47,795 nucleotides of DNA, taken from contig JAFUAK010000159.1 of the NCBI GenBank assembly GCA_017460765.1, positions 1 through 47,795 of the forward strand, read 5' to 3'. This document shows, piece by piece, positions 1 through 10,390 of this stretch. Position numbers and translations under genes: made by a program. Position 1 is the stretch's first letter. The number at the start of each line of letters is the position of its first letter. The notes below the pieces were generated by a model that made no database searches, was not told the DNA's origin, and saw only the letters and a list, made by a program, of their open reading frames with translations. Source of the stretch: Prevotella sp. Lineage in GTDB: Bacteria > Bacteroidota > Bacteroidia > Bacteroidales > Bacteroidaceae.

Positions 1-740
1 CGTTCCGGACGGATGCAGATGATCTCACCCCAGTCCTCCATGCGCTCAATCAGTTCCAGTTGCTTGTTGTAGGCTTCCACATGATGACTCAGGGCCACCC
101 GCAAACGGGGATATTCCCCATAGAACAGACGGGGAATCTTGAAGTCAGGTTCACTTGAACGGAATCCACGGTTCCTGGTGAGTATCACTACGTTAGGCGA
201 ATAGCCCTTGTCGATGGCTCGCACCACGGGAATGGAATCGACGATACCACCGTCGAGCATCGGAATCCCGTCGACGTATGTAATCTGCGCCACATACGGC
301 AGCGAACTCGATGCCTTCACGATGGCCGTCATACGCTTGGTATCCTCCTTCTCCGTCAGGTATTCGGCACGGCCTGTCAGACAGTTCGTCGTCACCACCT
401 CGTAGACCGTCGGATTCCTGCGATAGGCATCATAGTCGAAGGGCACGATTTCGTTGGGGAAACGTTCGTAAAGGATATTCGGGTCGATGATGCTGCCCTT
501 GGTGAGCAGACTCTTCAGGGAGATGTAGTCATACTTACGCAGCATGTCGATGTTCGAGTACCGGGCACGGCGGGGCTGACGGCTCATATACGACAGACCG
601 TTACAGGCACCGGCCGAGACCGCTACGACGTAGGGGAAGTAGAGTTCGTGCTTCATAAAGGCATCGAGAACCCCTGAGGTAAAGACACCTCGCATGCCTC
701 CACCCTCTAAGACCAGTCCTGTTTTTCTACCCAACTGCAT
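1..740 (-). CDS. Patatin-like phospholipase family protein (3' end outside window)
   Basis: Manual translation from ATG at 740: MQLGRKTGLVLEGGGMRGVFTSGVLD... with the GGGxRG oxyanion loop, AVSAG nucleophile elbow and LDGG motif. Not in the ORF track because it runs off the edge. Confidence 0.9.
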   Translation of the reverse strand, partial: MQLGRKTGLVLEGGGMRGVFTSGVLDAFMKHELYFPYVVAVSAGACNGLSYMSRQPRRARYSNIDMLRKYDYISLKSLLTKGSIIDPNILYERFPNEIVPFDYDAYRRNPTVYEVVTTNCLTGRAEYLTEKEDTKRMTAIVKASSSLPYVAQITYVDGIPMLDGGIVDSIPVVRAIDKGYSPNVVILTRNRGFRSSEPDFKIPRLFYGEYPRLRVALSHHVEAYNKQLELIERMEDWGEIICIRPE

Positions 741-761
741 AAATATTGCAAAAATTTTCTG

Positions 762-799
762 CAAAGGTAATGCAATTTAATAAATAATGTGTATCTTTG
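762..799. promoter_or_regulatory. Divergent Bacteroidetes sigma-A -7 elements
   Basis: TACCTTTG on minus (762-769) for patatin and TATCTTTG on plus (792-799) for pepP; both match TAnnTTTG. Confidence 0.7.
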
Positions 800-835
800 C
801 AGACAATTTGACTAATAATAACGAAAACTTGACAA

Positions 836-2239
836 ATGTTTAGCAAGGAAACCTATATCAAACGCCGCGCAGAACTGAAAAAACTCGTAGGCAATGGCGT
901 GATTGTCTTGTTCGGTAACAACGAGGCCCCCGCCAACTATCCCGCCAACTCGTATGCCCCGATGCGCCAGGATTCTTCATTCCTGTACTACTTCGGACAG
1001 CACCGCGACGGACTGGTGGGCGTGATCGACATCGACAACGATGAGGAATGGCTCTTCGGCGACGACATCGACGTGGAAGACATCGTGTGGATGGGCTATA
1101 CCCCGTCTGTGGCCGACCTCGCTGCTGAGGTTGGCATCACCAAGACCGCCCCGATGAGCGGGCTCCGTCCCGTATGTAGTCGTGCCACGGCTACAAACAG
1201 ACCGATCCATTTCCTCCCCCCCTACCGCCATGATACGAAGATCCAGATCATGGATCTGCTGGGCATACATCCCGGCGAACAGAAGGAGAAGGCTTCCCTC
1301 CCGCTCATCAAGGCCATCGTCAAGATGCGTTCCACGAAGGAACCGCAGGAAATTGAGGCCATCGAACGGGCCTGTGAGGTGGGCTATGCCATGCACACGA
1401 CGGCCCAGTTGCTGATCCGCCCGGGCATAACGGAACGCTTCATCGGCGGACAGGTCGACGGTGTGGCACGCAGTCTGGCACAGGGTGTCAGTTTCGCCAC
1501 CATCTTCTCCCAGCATGGTGAGATCATGCACGGCAATCCTTCGGATGCCAAGTTGGAGGCCGGACGCCTGGCTCTCTGCGACGCCGGTTGCGAACTCGAC
1601 GACTATTGCTCGGACAACACCCGTACGATGCCTGTCACGGGTAAGTTCGACCAGCGCCAACGGGAAATCTACTCGATCGTGGAGGCCTGTCACGACTATG
1701 TGCTCGACGTGGCCAAGCCCGGTGTGAAATATGCCGACGTCCATTTCGCCGTCTGCCGTCTGATGACGGAGCGCCTGAAGGAACTCGGCCTGATGAAGGG
1801 CGATACCGACGAGGCCGTGGCTGCCGGTGCCCACGCCATGTTCCTGCCCCACGGACTGGGACACATGATGGGCATGGACGTGCACGACATGGAGGGACTC
1901 GGACAGATCTATGTCGGCTTCGACGAAGAGACGCGACCCAACCTTGAGCAGTTCGGCACCAACTGTCTGCGCATGGGCCGACGACTGGAGGAAGGCTTCG
2001 TCGTCACCGACGAACCGGGCATCTACTTCATCCCCCATCTCATCGACCTCTGGCGAAAGGAAGGCCACTGCAAGGAGTTCCTGAACTTCGACAGACTTGA
2101 GACCTACAAGGACTTCGGCGGCATCCGCATCGAGGACGACCTGCTGATCACCAAGGACGGTTGCCGCTTCCTCGGCAAGCAGCGCATCCCCTACCACCCG
2201 GAGGAACTCGAAGCCTTCATGGAAACCAACAGAGAATAA
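836..2239 (+). CDS. pepP: Xaa-Pro aminopeptidase (aminopeptidase P, M24B)
   Basis: N-terminal RQDSSFLYYFG; metal-ligand motifs DAG..SDNTRT, HGLGHMMGMDVHD, EPGIYF, GGIRIEDD. Confidence 0.92.
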   Translation: MFSKETYIKRRAELKKLVGNGVIVLFGNNEAPANYPANSYAPMRQDSSFLYYFGQHRDGLVGVIDIDNDEEWLFGDDIDVEDIVWMGYTPSVADLAAEVGITKTAPMSGLRPVCSRATATNRPIHFLPPYRHDTKIQIMDLLGIHPGEQKEKASLPLIKAIVKMRSTKEPQEIEAIERACEVGYAMHTTAQLLIRPGITERFIGGQVDGVARSLAQGVSFATIFSQHGEIMHGNPSDAKLEAGRLALCDAGCELDDYCSDNTRTMPVTGKFDQRQREIYSIVEACHDYVLDVAKPGVKYADVHFAVCRLMTERLKELGLMKGDTDEAVAAGAHAMFLPHGLGHMMGMDVHDMEGLGQIYVGFDEETRPNLEQFGTNCLRMGRRLEEGFVVTDEPGIYFIPHLIDLWRKEGHCKEFLNFDRLETYKDFGGIRIEDDLLITKDGCRFLGKQRIPYHPEELEAFMETNRE

Positions 2240-2270
2240 ATAGTCTAATTGTAAATAGTTAAATTGTAAA

Positions 2271-3476
2271 ATGAAGAAGATTTTAACTTTCGCACTCATG
2301 GCGATGATCGCCCTCAGTGCATCGGCTGCCAAGAAGAAGGAAGCCGCCAAAGACGCTAACAAGCCCGTCTTTACCACCATCAAGGAGAACCCCATTACCA
2401 GCATGAAGGACCAGAACCGCTCGGGTACCTGCTGGGACTACTCCACGCTTTCCTATTTCGAGGCCGAGATTCTGAAGGCCACCGGCAAGACCTACGACCT
2501 CTGCGAGTCGTTCATTGCCAACAAGACCTACATGGACCGTGCCATCCAGGTGGTGCGCTACCACGGTGACTGCCAGTTTGCACAGGGCGGTTCCGCAGAG
2601 GACGTGCTCGCCACACTGAAGACCTGGGGTATCTGTCCCGAAAACGCCATGCCCTTCCCCGGCTCACTCTACGGTGACTCCCTGAACAACTTCAACGAGT
2701 TCTTCTCCGTGCTGGAGCCCTATGTCGGAGCCGTTGCCAAGAGCAATGCCAAGAAACTCTCCGGCGCCTGGAAGAACGGTCTGCAGGGCATCCTCGACGC
2801 CTACCTCGGCAAGTGCCCCGAGAAATTCACCTACGAGGGCAAGGAGTACACCCCGAAGTCATTCATGGCTTCCCTCGGCATCAACCTCGACGACTATGTA
2901 AGCATCACCAGTTACACCCATCATCCCTTCTACACGACCTTCGCCGTGGAGGTACAGGACAACTGGCGCTTCCCGCAGAGTTATAACCTGCCGATGGATG
3001 AGATGATGCAGATCATCGACAATGCCGTGGAGAACGGCTATACCGTAGCCTGGGGCGGTGACGTGTCGGAGCCGGGCTTCACTCGTCAGGGTCTGGCATA
3101 CGCCGTTGATGCCAAGGCCACTCAGAGCCTCGCCGGCAGCGACATGGCCCGCTGGCTGAAACTGACCGCCGAGAAGCGCCGCAGCCTCATCGACTCCCTG
3201 GGCTGCACCGTACCCGAGGTCGTACCCACACAGGAGATGCGCCAGGAGCGTTTCGACAACTGGGAACTGACCGACGACCACGGCATGCACATCTACGGCA
3301 TCGCCAAGGACCAGAACGGCAAGGAGTACTACATGGTGAAGAACTCATGGGGTGAGACCGGTGACTACAAGGGCACCTGGTACATGACCAAGGCCTTCAT
3401 CGCCGCCAACACGATGGACTTCCTGATCAACAAGAACGCCATCCCCGCTGAAATCCGAAAGAAACTCGGAATTTAA
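2271..3476 (+). CDS. Secreted C1 family cysteine aminopeptidase (aminopeptidase C/bleomycin hydrolase-like)
   Basis: Signal peptide; papain-type catalytic motifs QNRSGTCW, DDHGM, KNSWG. Confidence 0.9.
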   Translation: MKKILTFALMAMIALSASAAKKKEAAKDANKPVFTTIKENPITSMKDQNRSGTCWDYSTLSYFEAEILKATGKTYDLCESFIANKTYMDRAIQVVRYHGDCQFAQGGSAEDVLATLKTWGICPENAMPFPGSLYGDSLNNFNEFFSVLEPYVGAVAKSNAKKLSGAWKNGLQGILDAYLGKCPEKFTYEGKEYTPKSFMASLGINLDDYVSITSYTHHPFYTTFAVEVQDNWRFPQSYNLPMDEMMQIIDNAVENGYTVAWGGDVSEPGFTRQGLAYAVDAKATQSLAGSDMARWLKLTAEKRRSLIDSLGCTVPEVVPTQEMRQERFDNWELTDDHGMHIYGIAKDQNGKEYYMVKNSWGETGDYKGTWYMTKAFIAANTMDFLINKNAIPAEIRKKLGI

Positions 3477-3501
3477 GCAATTTAATATAAAATTAATAAA
3501 A

Positions 3502-3541
3502 AAAGGCATAATCTGTTAAATTTTCAACAGATTATGCCTTT
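3502..3541 (+). terminator. Intrinsic terminator-like hairpin after the peptidase pair
   Basis: Perfect 16-bp inverted repeat aaaggcataatctgtt / aacagattatgccttt followed by a T-rich tract. Confidence 0.8.
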
Positions 3542-3558
3542 ATTTCATTTTTTATTCG

Positions 3559-3566
3559 TACCTTTG
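3559..3566 (+). promoter_or_regulatory. -7 promoter element for recJ-recQ
   Basis: TACCTTTG 67 bp upstream of the recJ ATG. Confidence 0.6.
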
Positions 3567-3632
3567 GGCGCTATATTGCCATAATAGTGCTTATAGCCAC
3601 CGAAGCGACAAGAATAAAAAATAAATATATTA

Positions 3633-5360
3633 ATGCATTTCAAATGGAATTACGAACCACCTACATCAGAACGACAGACGGCAGCTAAGGAGTTGGGAGA
3701 GAAGATCGGCATGAGTCCGATCCTCGCCGACCTGCTCATTCAGCGCGGCATCAAGACGGAGAGTGCGGCCAAGCGATTCTTCCGCCCGATGCTAAACGAA
3801 CTGATAGACCCGTTCCTGATGAACGACATGGACGTGGCTGTCGACAGGCTGAACGACGCCATGGGACGCAAGGAACGCATTATGGTGTACGGCGACTACG
3901 ATGTCGATGGATGTACGGCGGTGGCTTTGGTGTATAAGTTTCTGCAGCAGTTCTATTCCAACATTGAATACTACATTCCCGACCGCTACGAGGAGGGCTA
4001 TGGCATCAGTATCAAGGCGTTGGACTACGCGGCAGAAAAAGGTATCAAACTGATTATCGTGCTCGACTGCGGCGTGAAGGCAATCGACGAGATTGCCTAT
4101 GCCAAGTCAAAGGGCATTGATTTCATCGTGTGTGACCATCACGTGCCCGATGAGGAACTGCCACAGGCCGTGGCGGTCCTGAATCCCAAGCGTGAGGATT
4201 CCACCTATCCCTTCAAGCATCTCTGTGGCTGTGGCGTAGGATTCAAGTTCATGCAGGCCTTTGCCAAGAACAACGGTATCCCCTTCTCACGGCTCATCCC
4301 CCTGCTCGACTTCTGTGCAGTAAGCATCGCAGCCGACATCGTACCCATCATGGGCGAGAACCGCATCCTGGCCTTCCACGGGCTGAAGCAACTGAACCAG
4401 AGCCCGTCGGTTGGCCTGAAGTCCATCATCGAGATCTGCGGACTCACGGGACGCGAGATTACCATGAGCGATATCGTGTTCAAGATCGGTCCCCGCATCA
4501 ACGCCTCCGGACGCATGCAGAACGGCACCGAGGCCGTAGACCTGCTTGTGGAGCGCGACTTCGACAAGGCGCTGGCCGAGGCCAACCACATCAACGAGTA
4601 CAACGAGCAGCGCAAGGACGTGGACAAGCAGATGACCGAGGAGGCCAACCAGATCGTGGAGAAACTCGAGAGTCAGAAGCACCACGCCAGTATCGTGCTT
4701 TACGACGAGAACTGGAAGAAGGGTGTCATCGGCATCGTGGCCTCCCGCCTGACGGAACTCTACTACCGTCCGACAGTGGTGCTCACCAAGTTCAACGGCA
4801 TTGCCACGGGCTCTGCCCGCAGTGTGGCCGGCTACGACGTGTACGATGCTATCAAGAGTTGCCGCGACCTGCTGGAGAATTTCGGCGGCCATACCTACGC
4901 CGTCGGTCTCTCACTGAAAATCGAGAACATCCCCGAGTTCCGCCGCAGGTTCCAGAAGTACGTCATGGAGCATATCCAGCCTGAACAGATGGAGGCGACA
5001 CTCGACATCAACGCCGTCATCGACTTCAAGGACGTCACCAAGAAACTGCATAACGACCTGAAGAAGTTTGCCCCTCACGGTCCCGACAACCCCAAACCGC
5101 TGTTCTGCACGCGTAATGTCTACGACTACGGCACGTCGAAGGTGGTGGGTCGTCAGCAGGAACATATCAAACTGGAACTCGTCGACTCGAAGTCGAGCAA
5201 CGTCCTCAACGGCATTGCCTTCGGACAGAGTGAGTCTGCCCGCTATATCAAGTCGAAGCGCTCGTTCGACATTGTCTACACGGTTGAAGACAATATCTAC
5301 AAGCGCAGCGAGGTGCAGTTGCAGATAGAGGACATCAAGCCGAGTGAGACGGATTCTTAA
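3633..5360 (+). CDS. recJ: Single-stranded-DNA-specific exonuclease RecJ
   Basis: YGDYDVDG, LDCG, DHH, GPRINASGR, GSARS, FGGH motifs. Confidence 0.96.
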   Translation: MHFKWNYEPPTSERQTAAKELGEKIGMSPILADLLIQRGIKTESAAKRFFRPMLNELIDPFLMNDMDVAVDRLNDAMGRKERIMVYGDYDVDGCTAVALVYKFLQQFYSNIEYYIPDRYEEGYGISIKALDYAAEKGIKLIIVLDCGVKAIDEIAYAKSKGIDFIVCDHHVPDEELPQAVAVLNPKREDSTYPFKHLCGCGVGFKFMQAFAKNNGIPFSRLIPLLDFCAVSIAADIVPIMGENRILAFHGLKQLNQSPSVGLKSIIEICGLTGREITMSDIVFKIGPRINASGRMQNGTEAVDLLVERDFDKALAEANHINEYNEQRKDVDKQMTEEANQIVEKLESQKHHASIVLYDENWKKGVIGIVASRLTELYYRPTVVLTKFNGIATGSARSVAGYDVYDAIKSCRDLLENFGGHTYAVGLSLKIENIPEFRRRFQKYVMEHIQPEQMEATLDINAVIDFKDVTKKLHNDLKKFAPHGPDNPKPLFCTRNVYDYGTSKVVGRQQEHIKLELVDSKSSNVLNGIAFGQSESARYIKSKRSFDIVYTVEDNIYKRSEVQLQIEDIKPSETDS

Positions 5361-7242
5361 GCAATACTGGGGCTATGATGACTTCCGTGGCATTCAGCAG
5401 GAGATCATCGAGTCCATCGCCAGTGGCCATGATACACTGGGACTGATGCCCACGGGTGGCGGCAAGTCCATCACCTTCCAGGTGCCTGCACTGGCTCAGG
5501 AAGGCACGTGCATCGTCATCACCCCGCTCATTGCCCTGATGAAGGACCAGGTAGACAATCTCCGCCGTCTGGGCATCCGTGCCGCCGCCATCTACTCCGG
5601 CCTCACCCGCGAGGAAATCATCATCACCCTGGAGAACTGCATCTTCGGCGACATCAAGATCCTGTATGTCTCGCCGGAGCGCCTGGCTTCCGAACTTTTC
5701 CAGACGAAACTGCGTCACATGCACGTGAGTTTCATCACCGTCGACGAGGCCCACTGCATCTCCCAGTGGGGCTACGACTTCCGCCCCTCCTACCTTCAGA
5801 TAGCCGGTATCCGCAAGCAACTGCCGGGTGTGCCCGTGCTGGCGCTCACCGCCACCGCCACGCCGCAGGTCGTCGAGGATATCCAGACAAAACTGGGTTT
5901 CCCTTCGGAAGCCCACGTTTTCCGGATGTCATTCGAGCGCAAGAACCTTGCCTACGTCGTGCGCAATGCCACCGACAAGCGCGAAGAACTCATCCACATC
6001 CTCAACAGCGTGAAAGGCTCCGCCATCGTCTATGCCCGCAGCCGACGGCGCACCAAGGAGATTGCCGAAATACTCTCCGAGGCGGGCATCTCCGCCACCT
6101 TCTACCACGCCGGTCTCGATGCCGCCGTGAAGGATGAGCGGCAGCAGGCCTGGCAACAAGGACAGGCCCGCGTGATGGTGGCCACCAACGCCTTCGGCAT
6201 GGGCATCGACAAGTCCGACGTACGACTCGTCGTCCACATCGACTGTCCCGACAGTATCGAGGCCTATTTCCAGGAGGCCGGCCGTGCCGGTCGTGACGGT
6301 TTCAAGGCCTATGCCGTCTTGCTCTACAACAACGCCGACGAACGCAAGTTGCAGAAGCGCATCGCCGACACATTTCCTGAGAAAGACTACATCCGACAGG
6401 TCTACGAGCACCTCGCCTACTTCTACCAGATCGGCGTCGGCTCCGGCTATAACCACACCTTCGAATTCAACATCGACAAGTTCTGCCACGCCTTCCGCCA
6501 TTTCCCCATCCAGGTAGACTCGGCCTTGAAGATCCTCAGCCGGGCGGGCTATATCGAATACACGGAAGAACAGGACAACCAGGCCCGCGTGATGTTCACT
6601 CTCAGCCGCAACGACCTATACCGCCTGGAGAACACTTCCGCTAATGAGGAAAAGATCATCACGGCCCTGCTGCGTAACTACGGCGGACTCTTCACCGACT
6701 ACAACTATATCGACGAGAGTTTCATCGCCCAGCAGACGGCCCTCCAGCCCCATCAGGTCTACATGACCCTGAAGAGTCTGAGCGAGCGCCATATCCTGCA
6801 CTTCATTCCACAGAAGAAGACACCCTATATCCGCTATACCCAACGTCGCGAGGACATGGAGCACGTGCAGTTGCCGCCCACTGTCTATGAGGAACGGAAG
6901 GAACAGTTCAGCCGGCGCATCCAGGCCATGATAGGCTACGCCACGGAAGACCAGGTCTGCCGCAGCCGTCAACTGCTGCGCTATTTCGGCGAGGAGAACG
7001 ACCACGACTGCGGCCAGTGCGATGTCTGTCTGAGCCATCGTCCGCAGGGAAAGGTGTCGGAGCCCCGTCTCAACACGGCCATGGAGCAGATCCTGGCCCT
7101 GCTCAACGACGGCAGGCCCCACCCCGTTACAGACTTGCGCGGCATCCAGTTGCCTACCGACGAACTGGATGCCGCGCTCGAATATCTTCTTCAGGAAGAG
7201 TATATCCGTCAGACCGACGGTCTCCTAATCTCTAACCACTAG
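5344..7242 (+). CDS. recQ: RecQ-family ATP-dependent DNA helicase
   Basis: MPTGGGKS, DEAHCISQWGYDFRP, ALTATA, QEAGRAGRDG, Zn-binding CR...CGQCDVC. GTG start overlaps the recJ 3' end. Confidence 0.93.
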   Translation: MRRILKQYWGYDDFRGIQQEIIESIASGHDTLGLMPTGGGKSITFQVPALAQEGTCIVITPLIALMKDQVDNLRRLGIRAAAIYSGLTREEIIITLENCIFGDIKILYVSPERLASELFQTKLRHMHVSFITVDEAHCISQWGYDFRPSYLQIAGIRKQLPGVPVLALTATATPQVVEDIQTKLGFPSEAHVFRMSFERKNLAYVVRNATDKREELIHILNSVKGSAIVYARSRRRTKEIAEILSEAGISATFYHAGLDAAVKDERQQAWQQGQARVMVATNAFGMGIDKSDVRLVVHIDCPDSIEAYFQEAGRAGRDGFKAYAVLLYNNADERKLQKRIADTFPEKDYIRQVYEHLAYFYQIGVGSGYNHTFEFNIDKFCHAFRHFPIQVDSALKILSRAGYIEYTEEQDNQARVMFTLSRNDLYRLENTSANEEKIITALLRNYGGLFTDYNYIDESFIAQQTALQPHQVYMTLKSLSERHILHFIPQKKTPYIRYTQRREDMEHVQLPPTVYEERKEQFSRRIQAMIGYATEDQVCRSRQLLRYFGEENDHDCGQCDVCLSHRPQGKVSEPRLNTAMEQILALLNDGRPHPVTDLRGIQLPTDELDAALEYLLQEEYIRQTDGLLISNH

Positions 7243-8690
7243 AACTCCAACTTCAGTTGGCGTTCGTCTTCATCATCATGCTCATGACAATAACTGCTGC
7301 CGTCGAAACAGTGCGTGCAGACACGGCACTTCGGCAAGCCGATGCTCTCCACCAGCGACTCCAGTTTGGCGAACTTCAGCGTGGTCAGACCCAGGCGTTT
7401 GGCAATCTCGTCCACCATCCGCTTGTACTCGGGTGAGTCGGTCGTGGCATATTTATCGAGGTTCTTCTTGTCGTCACCCTCAAAGTCCTTGATGATGCGG
7501 CGCGTAATCAGTTCCATGTCACTCTTCGAGGAGGTGAAGCCGATGAACGGACAGCCGTAGACCAGCGGCGGACAGGAGATACGGCAGTGCACCTCCTTGG
7601 CACCGTATTCGAAGAAGGTCCTCACGTTGTCCTTCAACTGCGTACCGCGCACGATGGAGTCGTCGCAGAACACGACGCGCTGATCCTTCAGCAGCGAGGG
7701 ATTGGGAATGAGTTTCATCTTCGCCACCAGCGCACGGCGCTCCTGGTTGCCCGGTGTAAACGAGCGCGGCCACGTCGGCGTGTACTTCAGCACCGAACGC
7801 TTATAAGGCACGCCCTTACCCTCGGCATAGCCCAGCGCCATGCCGACTCCGGAGTCGGGTACGCCACAGACGCTGTCCACCTCCGTGTCGTCTATCTCAC
7901 CCATCTTCTTACCGTTGGCCTCGCGCACGGCCTCCACGTTGATGCCGTTGTAGTCGGAGGCGGGAAATCCGTAGTACACCCAGAGGAACGAACAGATCTG
8001 CTCGCGCTTGAAAGGCTCCTGCAGCACCTCCATCGAGTCGGCGGTCAGAAGAACGATCTCGCCGGGACCGAGGTCACGCACACGGTGATAGTCCAGGTTC
8101 GGGAAACTCGTCGTCTCACTCGACACGGCGTAGGCCCCGTCTTTCCTGCCTATTACGATCGGCGTACGTCCGAGGAAGTCGCGGGCGGCGATGATGCCCT
8201 TCTCCGTAAGGATGAGCATCGAGCACGAGCCCTCTATCTTCTTGTATACCAGATTGATGCCTTCCACGAAGGAGCGGCCCATATTGATGAGCAGTGCCAC
8301 GAGTTCCGTCTGGTTGATATTGTTGGCCGAGAGTTCACTGAAGTGCATCCGGCGGTCCAGCAGTTCCTGCGCGATCTCCGGCAGGTTGTTGATCTTCGCC
8401 ACCGTCACCACGGCGTAGCGCCCCAGGTGAGAGTTCACGATGATCGGCTGCGGGTCGGTGTCACTGATCACGCCGATGCCCTGATTGCCGGAGAAGTCGT
8501 CCAGTTCGTCCTCGAACTTCGAACGGAAATAGTCCCGTTCCAGATTGTGGATCTTACGACTGAAGCCTTTCTCCTCGTCAAAGGTCACCAGACCGGCGCG
8601 CCGTGTTCCGAGATGTGAGTTATAGTCCGTGCCGTAGAACAGGTCGTTCACGCAACATTTCGTACTGATGGTTCCAAAGAATCCTCCCAT
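7239..8690 (-). CDS. purF: Amidophosphoribosyltransferase, Bacteroidetes variant lacking Cys1
   Basis: VPDSG, PRPP loop VVFCDDSIVRGT, Fe-S cysteines (QICSF, GCPF, CTHC). N-terminus is MGGFFG rather than (M)CG. Confidence 0.88.
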   Translation of the reverse strand: MGGFFGTISTKCCVNDLFYGTDYNSHLGTRRAGLVTFDEEKGFSRKIHNLERDYFRSKFEDELDDFSGNQGIGVISDTDPQPIIVNSHLGRYAVVTVAKINNLPEIAQELLDRRMHFSELSANNINQTELVALLINMGRSFVEGINLVYKKIEGSCSMLILTEKGIIAARDFLGRTPIVIGRKDGAYAVSSETTSFPNLDYHRVRDLGPGEIVLLTADSMEVLQEPFKREQICSFLWVYYGFPASDYNGINVEAVREANGKKMGEIDDTEVDSVCGVPDSGVGMALGYAEGKGVPYKRSVLKYTPTWPRSFTPGNQERRALVAKMKLIPNPSLLKDQRVVFCDDSIVRGTQLKDNVRTFFEYGAKEVHCRISCPPLVYGCPFIGFTSSKSDMELITRRIIKDFEGDDKKNLDKYATTDSPEYKRMVDEIAKRLGLTTLKFAKLESLVESIGLPKCRVCTHCFDGSSYCHEHDDEDERQLKLEF

Positions 8691-8696
8691 AAAGTC

Positions 8697-9161
8697 TTAT
8701 ATAAAATAATAAAGGAATGAGGCAATGCCTTCGAGGGCAGGCTTGCGCTGTCCCTCAATCTCTATCCTGAATTCAATCTCTGCCTTACAGATACCGCGCA
8801 GGTTCTGGATGTTGTGCAACTTCGTCACCAGCCGCACCTTCGAGCCCGTGATCACCGGCTGCCCGAAGCGCATCTTGTCCATGCCGTAGTTCACGAGCAT
8901 CTTGATATTGTTCACCTCGATGATCTGGTCCCACAGATAGGGCAGCAGCGAGAGTGTCAGATAGCCGTGGGCAATCGTGCTCTGGTACTGGCTCTCCTTC
9001 TTGGTCCGCTCCACGTCCACGTGGATCCACTGGTGGTCGAGCGTAGCGTCGGCGAACAGGTTAATACGGTCCTGGTCTACTTGCAGCCACTCCGAAGCCC
9101 CGAGTTCCTCACCCAGGTGGGCTGCAAATTCATCATACGAATTGATTACTAATTTTCCCAT
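8697..9161 (-). CDS. MaoC-family (hotdog) dehydratase
   Basis: FADATLDHQWIHVD and TIAHG motifs. Start placed at MGKLVIN (9161) because the longer ORF begins inside the hairpin. Confidence 0.88.
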   Translation of the reverse strand: MGKLVINSYDEFAAHLGEELGASEWLQVDQDRINLFADATLDHQWIHVDVERTKKESQYQSTIAHGYLTLSLLPYLWDQIIEVNNIKMLVNYGMDKMRFGQPVITGSKVRLVTKLHNIQNLRGICKAEIEFRIEIEGQRKPALEGIASFLYYFI

Positions 9162-9177
9162 ATACCTATTTAAATAA

Positions 9178-9205
9178 GTTCGGGGGCGCGCATGCACCCC
9201 CGAAC
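9178..9205 (-). terminator. Hairpin/terminator after ilvC
   Basis: Minus strand gttcgggggtgc-atgc-gcgcccccgaac followed by ttattt. Confidence 0.65.
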
Positions 9206-9212
9206 CCTATGA

Positions 9213-10262
9213 TTATACTTCTTGATTCTCCGGACGAAGTTTGCGCACGGTCTCACCGGCGCGCCACATCTCCTGATTGCGCATGGCCTCCAGTTCTTTC
9301 TCCAGACCTGCGCGGTAGTCGGGCTTCGAGTTGGCGTCGATGGTGATCTGTGCCTCGTTACCTGTCTGCACGGAGTAGTACAGCCACTCCATTACAGGCT
9401 TGATGGCGTCGTGGAAGCGGGGAGCCCAGTCGAGGGCACCGCGCTGGGCGGTCGTCGAACAGTTGGCATACATCCAGTCCATACCCTTGGCGCCGAAGAG
9501 CGGGCCGAGGCTCTGGGTCAGTTCCTCTACGGTCTCGTTGAAGGCCTCCGAGGGAGAGTGTCCGTGCTCGCGGAGCACCTCGTACTGTGCCAGCAGCAGA
9601 CCCTGGATGGCACCCATCAGACTGCCGCGCTCACCGGTCAGGTCACTGGTGGCCTCACGCTGGAAGGTGGTCTCGAACATATAGCCGGCACCGATACCGA
9701 TACCGAAGGCCAGCGTCTTCTCTGTGGCCTTGCCCGTAGCATCCTGATAGACGGCGTAAGAACAGTTCAGTCCGCGGCCCTCGCAGAACATCGTGCGGAG
9801 GCTGGTACCCGAACCCTTCGGAGCCACCATGATCACGTCGACATCCTTCGGGGGAACCACACCCGTGCGGTCGCTCCAGTTGATAGCGAAGCCGTGGCTG
9901 TAGTACAGCGTCTTACCGGGCTTCAGATATTTCTTGATGGTGGGCCACTGCTGAATCTGACCAGCGTCGGAGAGCAGCATGCAGAGGATGGTGCCCTTCT
10001 CGGCAGCCTCCTCGATAGAGAACAGGGTCTCACCGGGAACCCATCCGTCGGCCACAGCCTTGTCATAGGTCTTGCCGGGGCGCTGACCTACGATCACGTT
10101 GAATCCGTTGTCGCGCAGGTTACAGGCCTGTCCGGGACCCTGGACACCATAGCCGATCACGGCGATCGTCTCATTCTTCAATACTTCACGTGCTTTCTCC
10201 AAAGAGAATTCCTTGCTGGTGACTACTGTCTCAATAACGCCACCAAAATTCATTTCTGCCAT
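9213..10262 (-). CDS. ilvC: Ketol-acid reductoisomerase
   Basis: IGYGVQG Rossmann motif, NLRDNG, SHGF, VAPKGSG, SDLTGERG. Confidence 0.95.
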   Translation of the reverse strand: MAEMNFGGVIETVVTSKEFSLEKAREVLKNETIAVIGYGVQGPGQACNLRDNGFNVIVGQRPGKTYDKAVADGWVPGETLFSIEEAAEKGTILCMLLSDAGQIQQWPTIKKYLKPGKTLYYSHGFAINWSDRTGVVPPKDVDVIMVAPKGSGTSLRTMFCEGRGLNCSYAVYQDATGKATEKTLAFGIGIGAGYMFETTFQREATSDLTGERGSLMGAIQGLLLAQYEVLREHGHSPSEAFNETVEELTQSLGPLFGAKGMDWMYANCSTTAQRGALDWAPRFHDAIKPVMEWLYYSVQTGNEAQITIDANSKPDYRAGLEKELEAMRNQEMWRAGETVRKLRPENQEV

Positions 10263-10308
10263 AATAGCGTAAAAATTTAAATGTTATACATATCCCTTGC
10301 GTACCATG

Positions 10309-10390
10309 CCAGCCCTGCCCGAGAGCCGGACGTTTGGTGCTTACCACCGTTTTTTATCAGTGCGCCCCCACCCTGCCCGAGGGTGCGACG
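10309..10390 (-). promoter_or_regulatory. Candidate structured 5' leader of ilvC (twin CGGGC-loop hairpins)
   Basis: Two stems with identical CU-CGGGC-AG apex plus a small middle hairpin, lying between a -7 element and the ilvC start. Confidence 0.5.

Noticed and set aside
7239-7242. 4-bp overlap of convergent recQ and purF stop codons
   Set aside because: A common compact arrangement with no further signal.
977-10280. Long antisense ORFs (977-2404, 7587-8618, 9222-10280 and others)
   Set aside because: They mirror well-supported genes on the opposite strand, as expected from GC-rich codon bias, and show no recognisable motifs.
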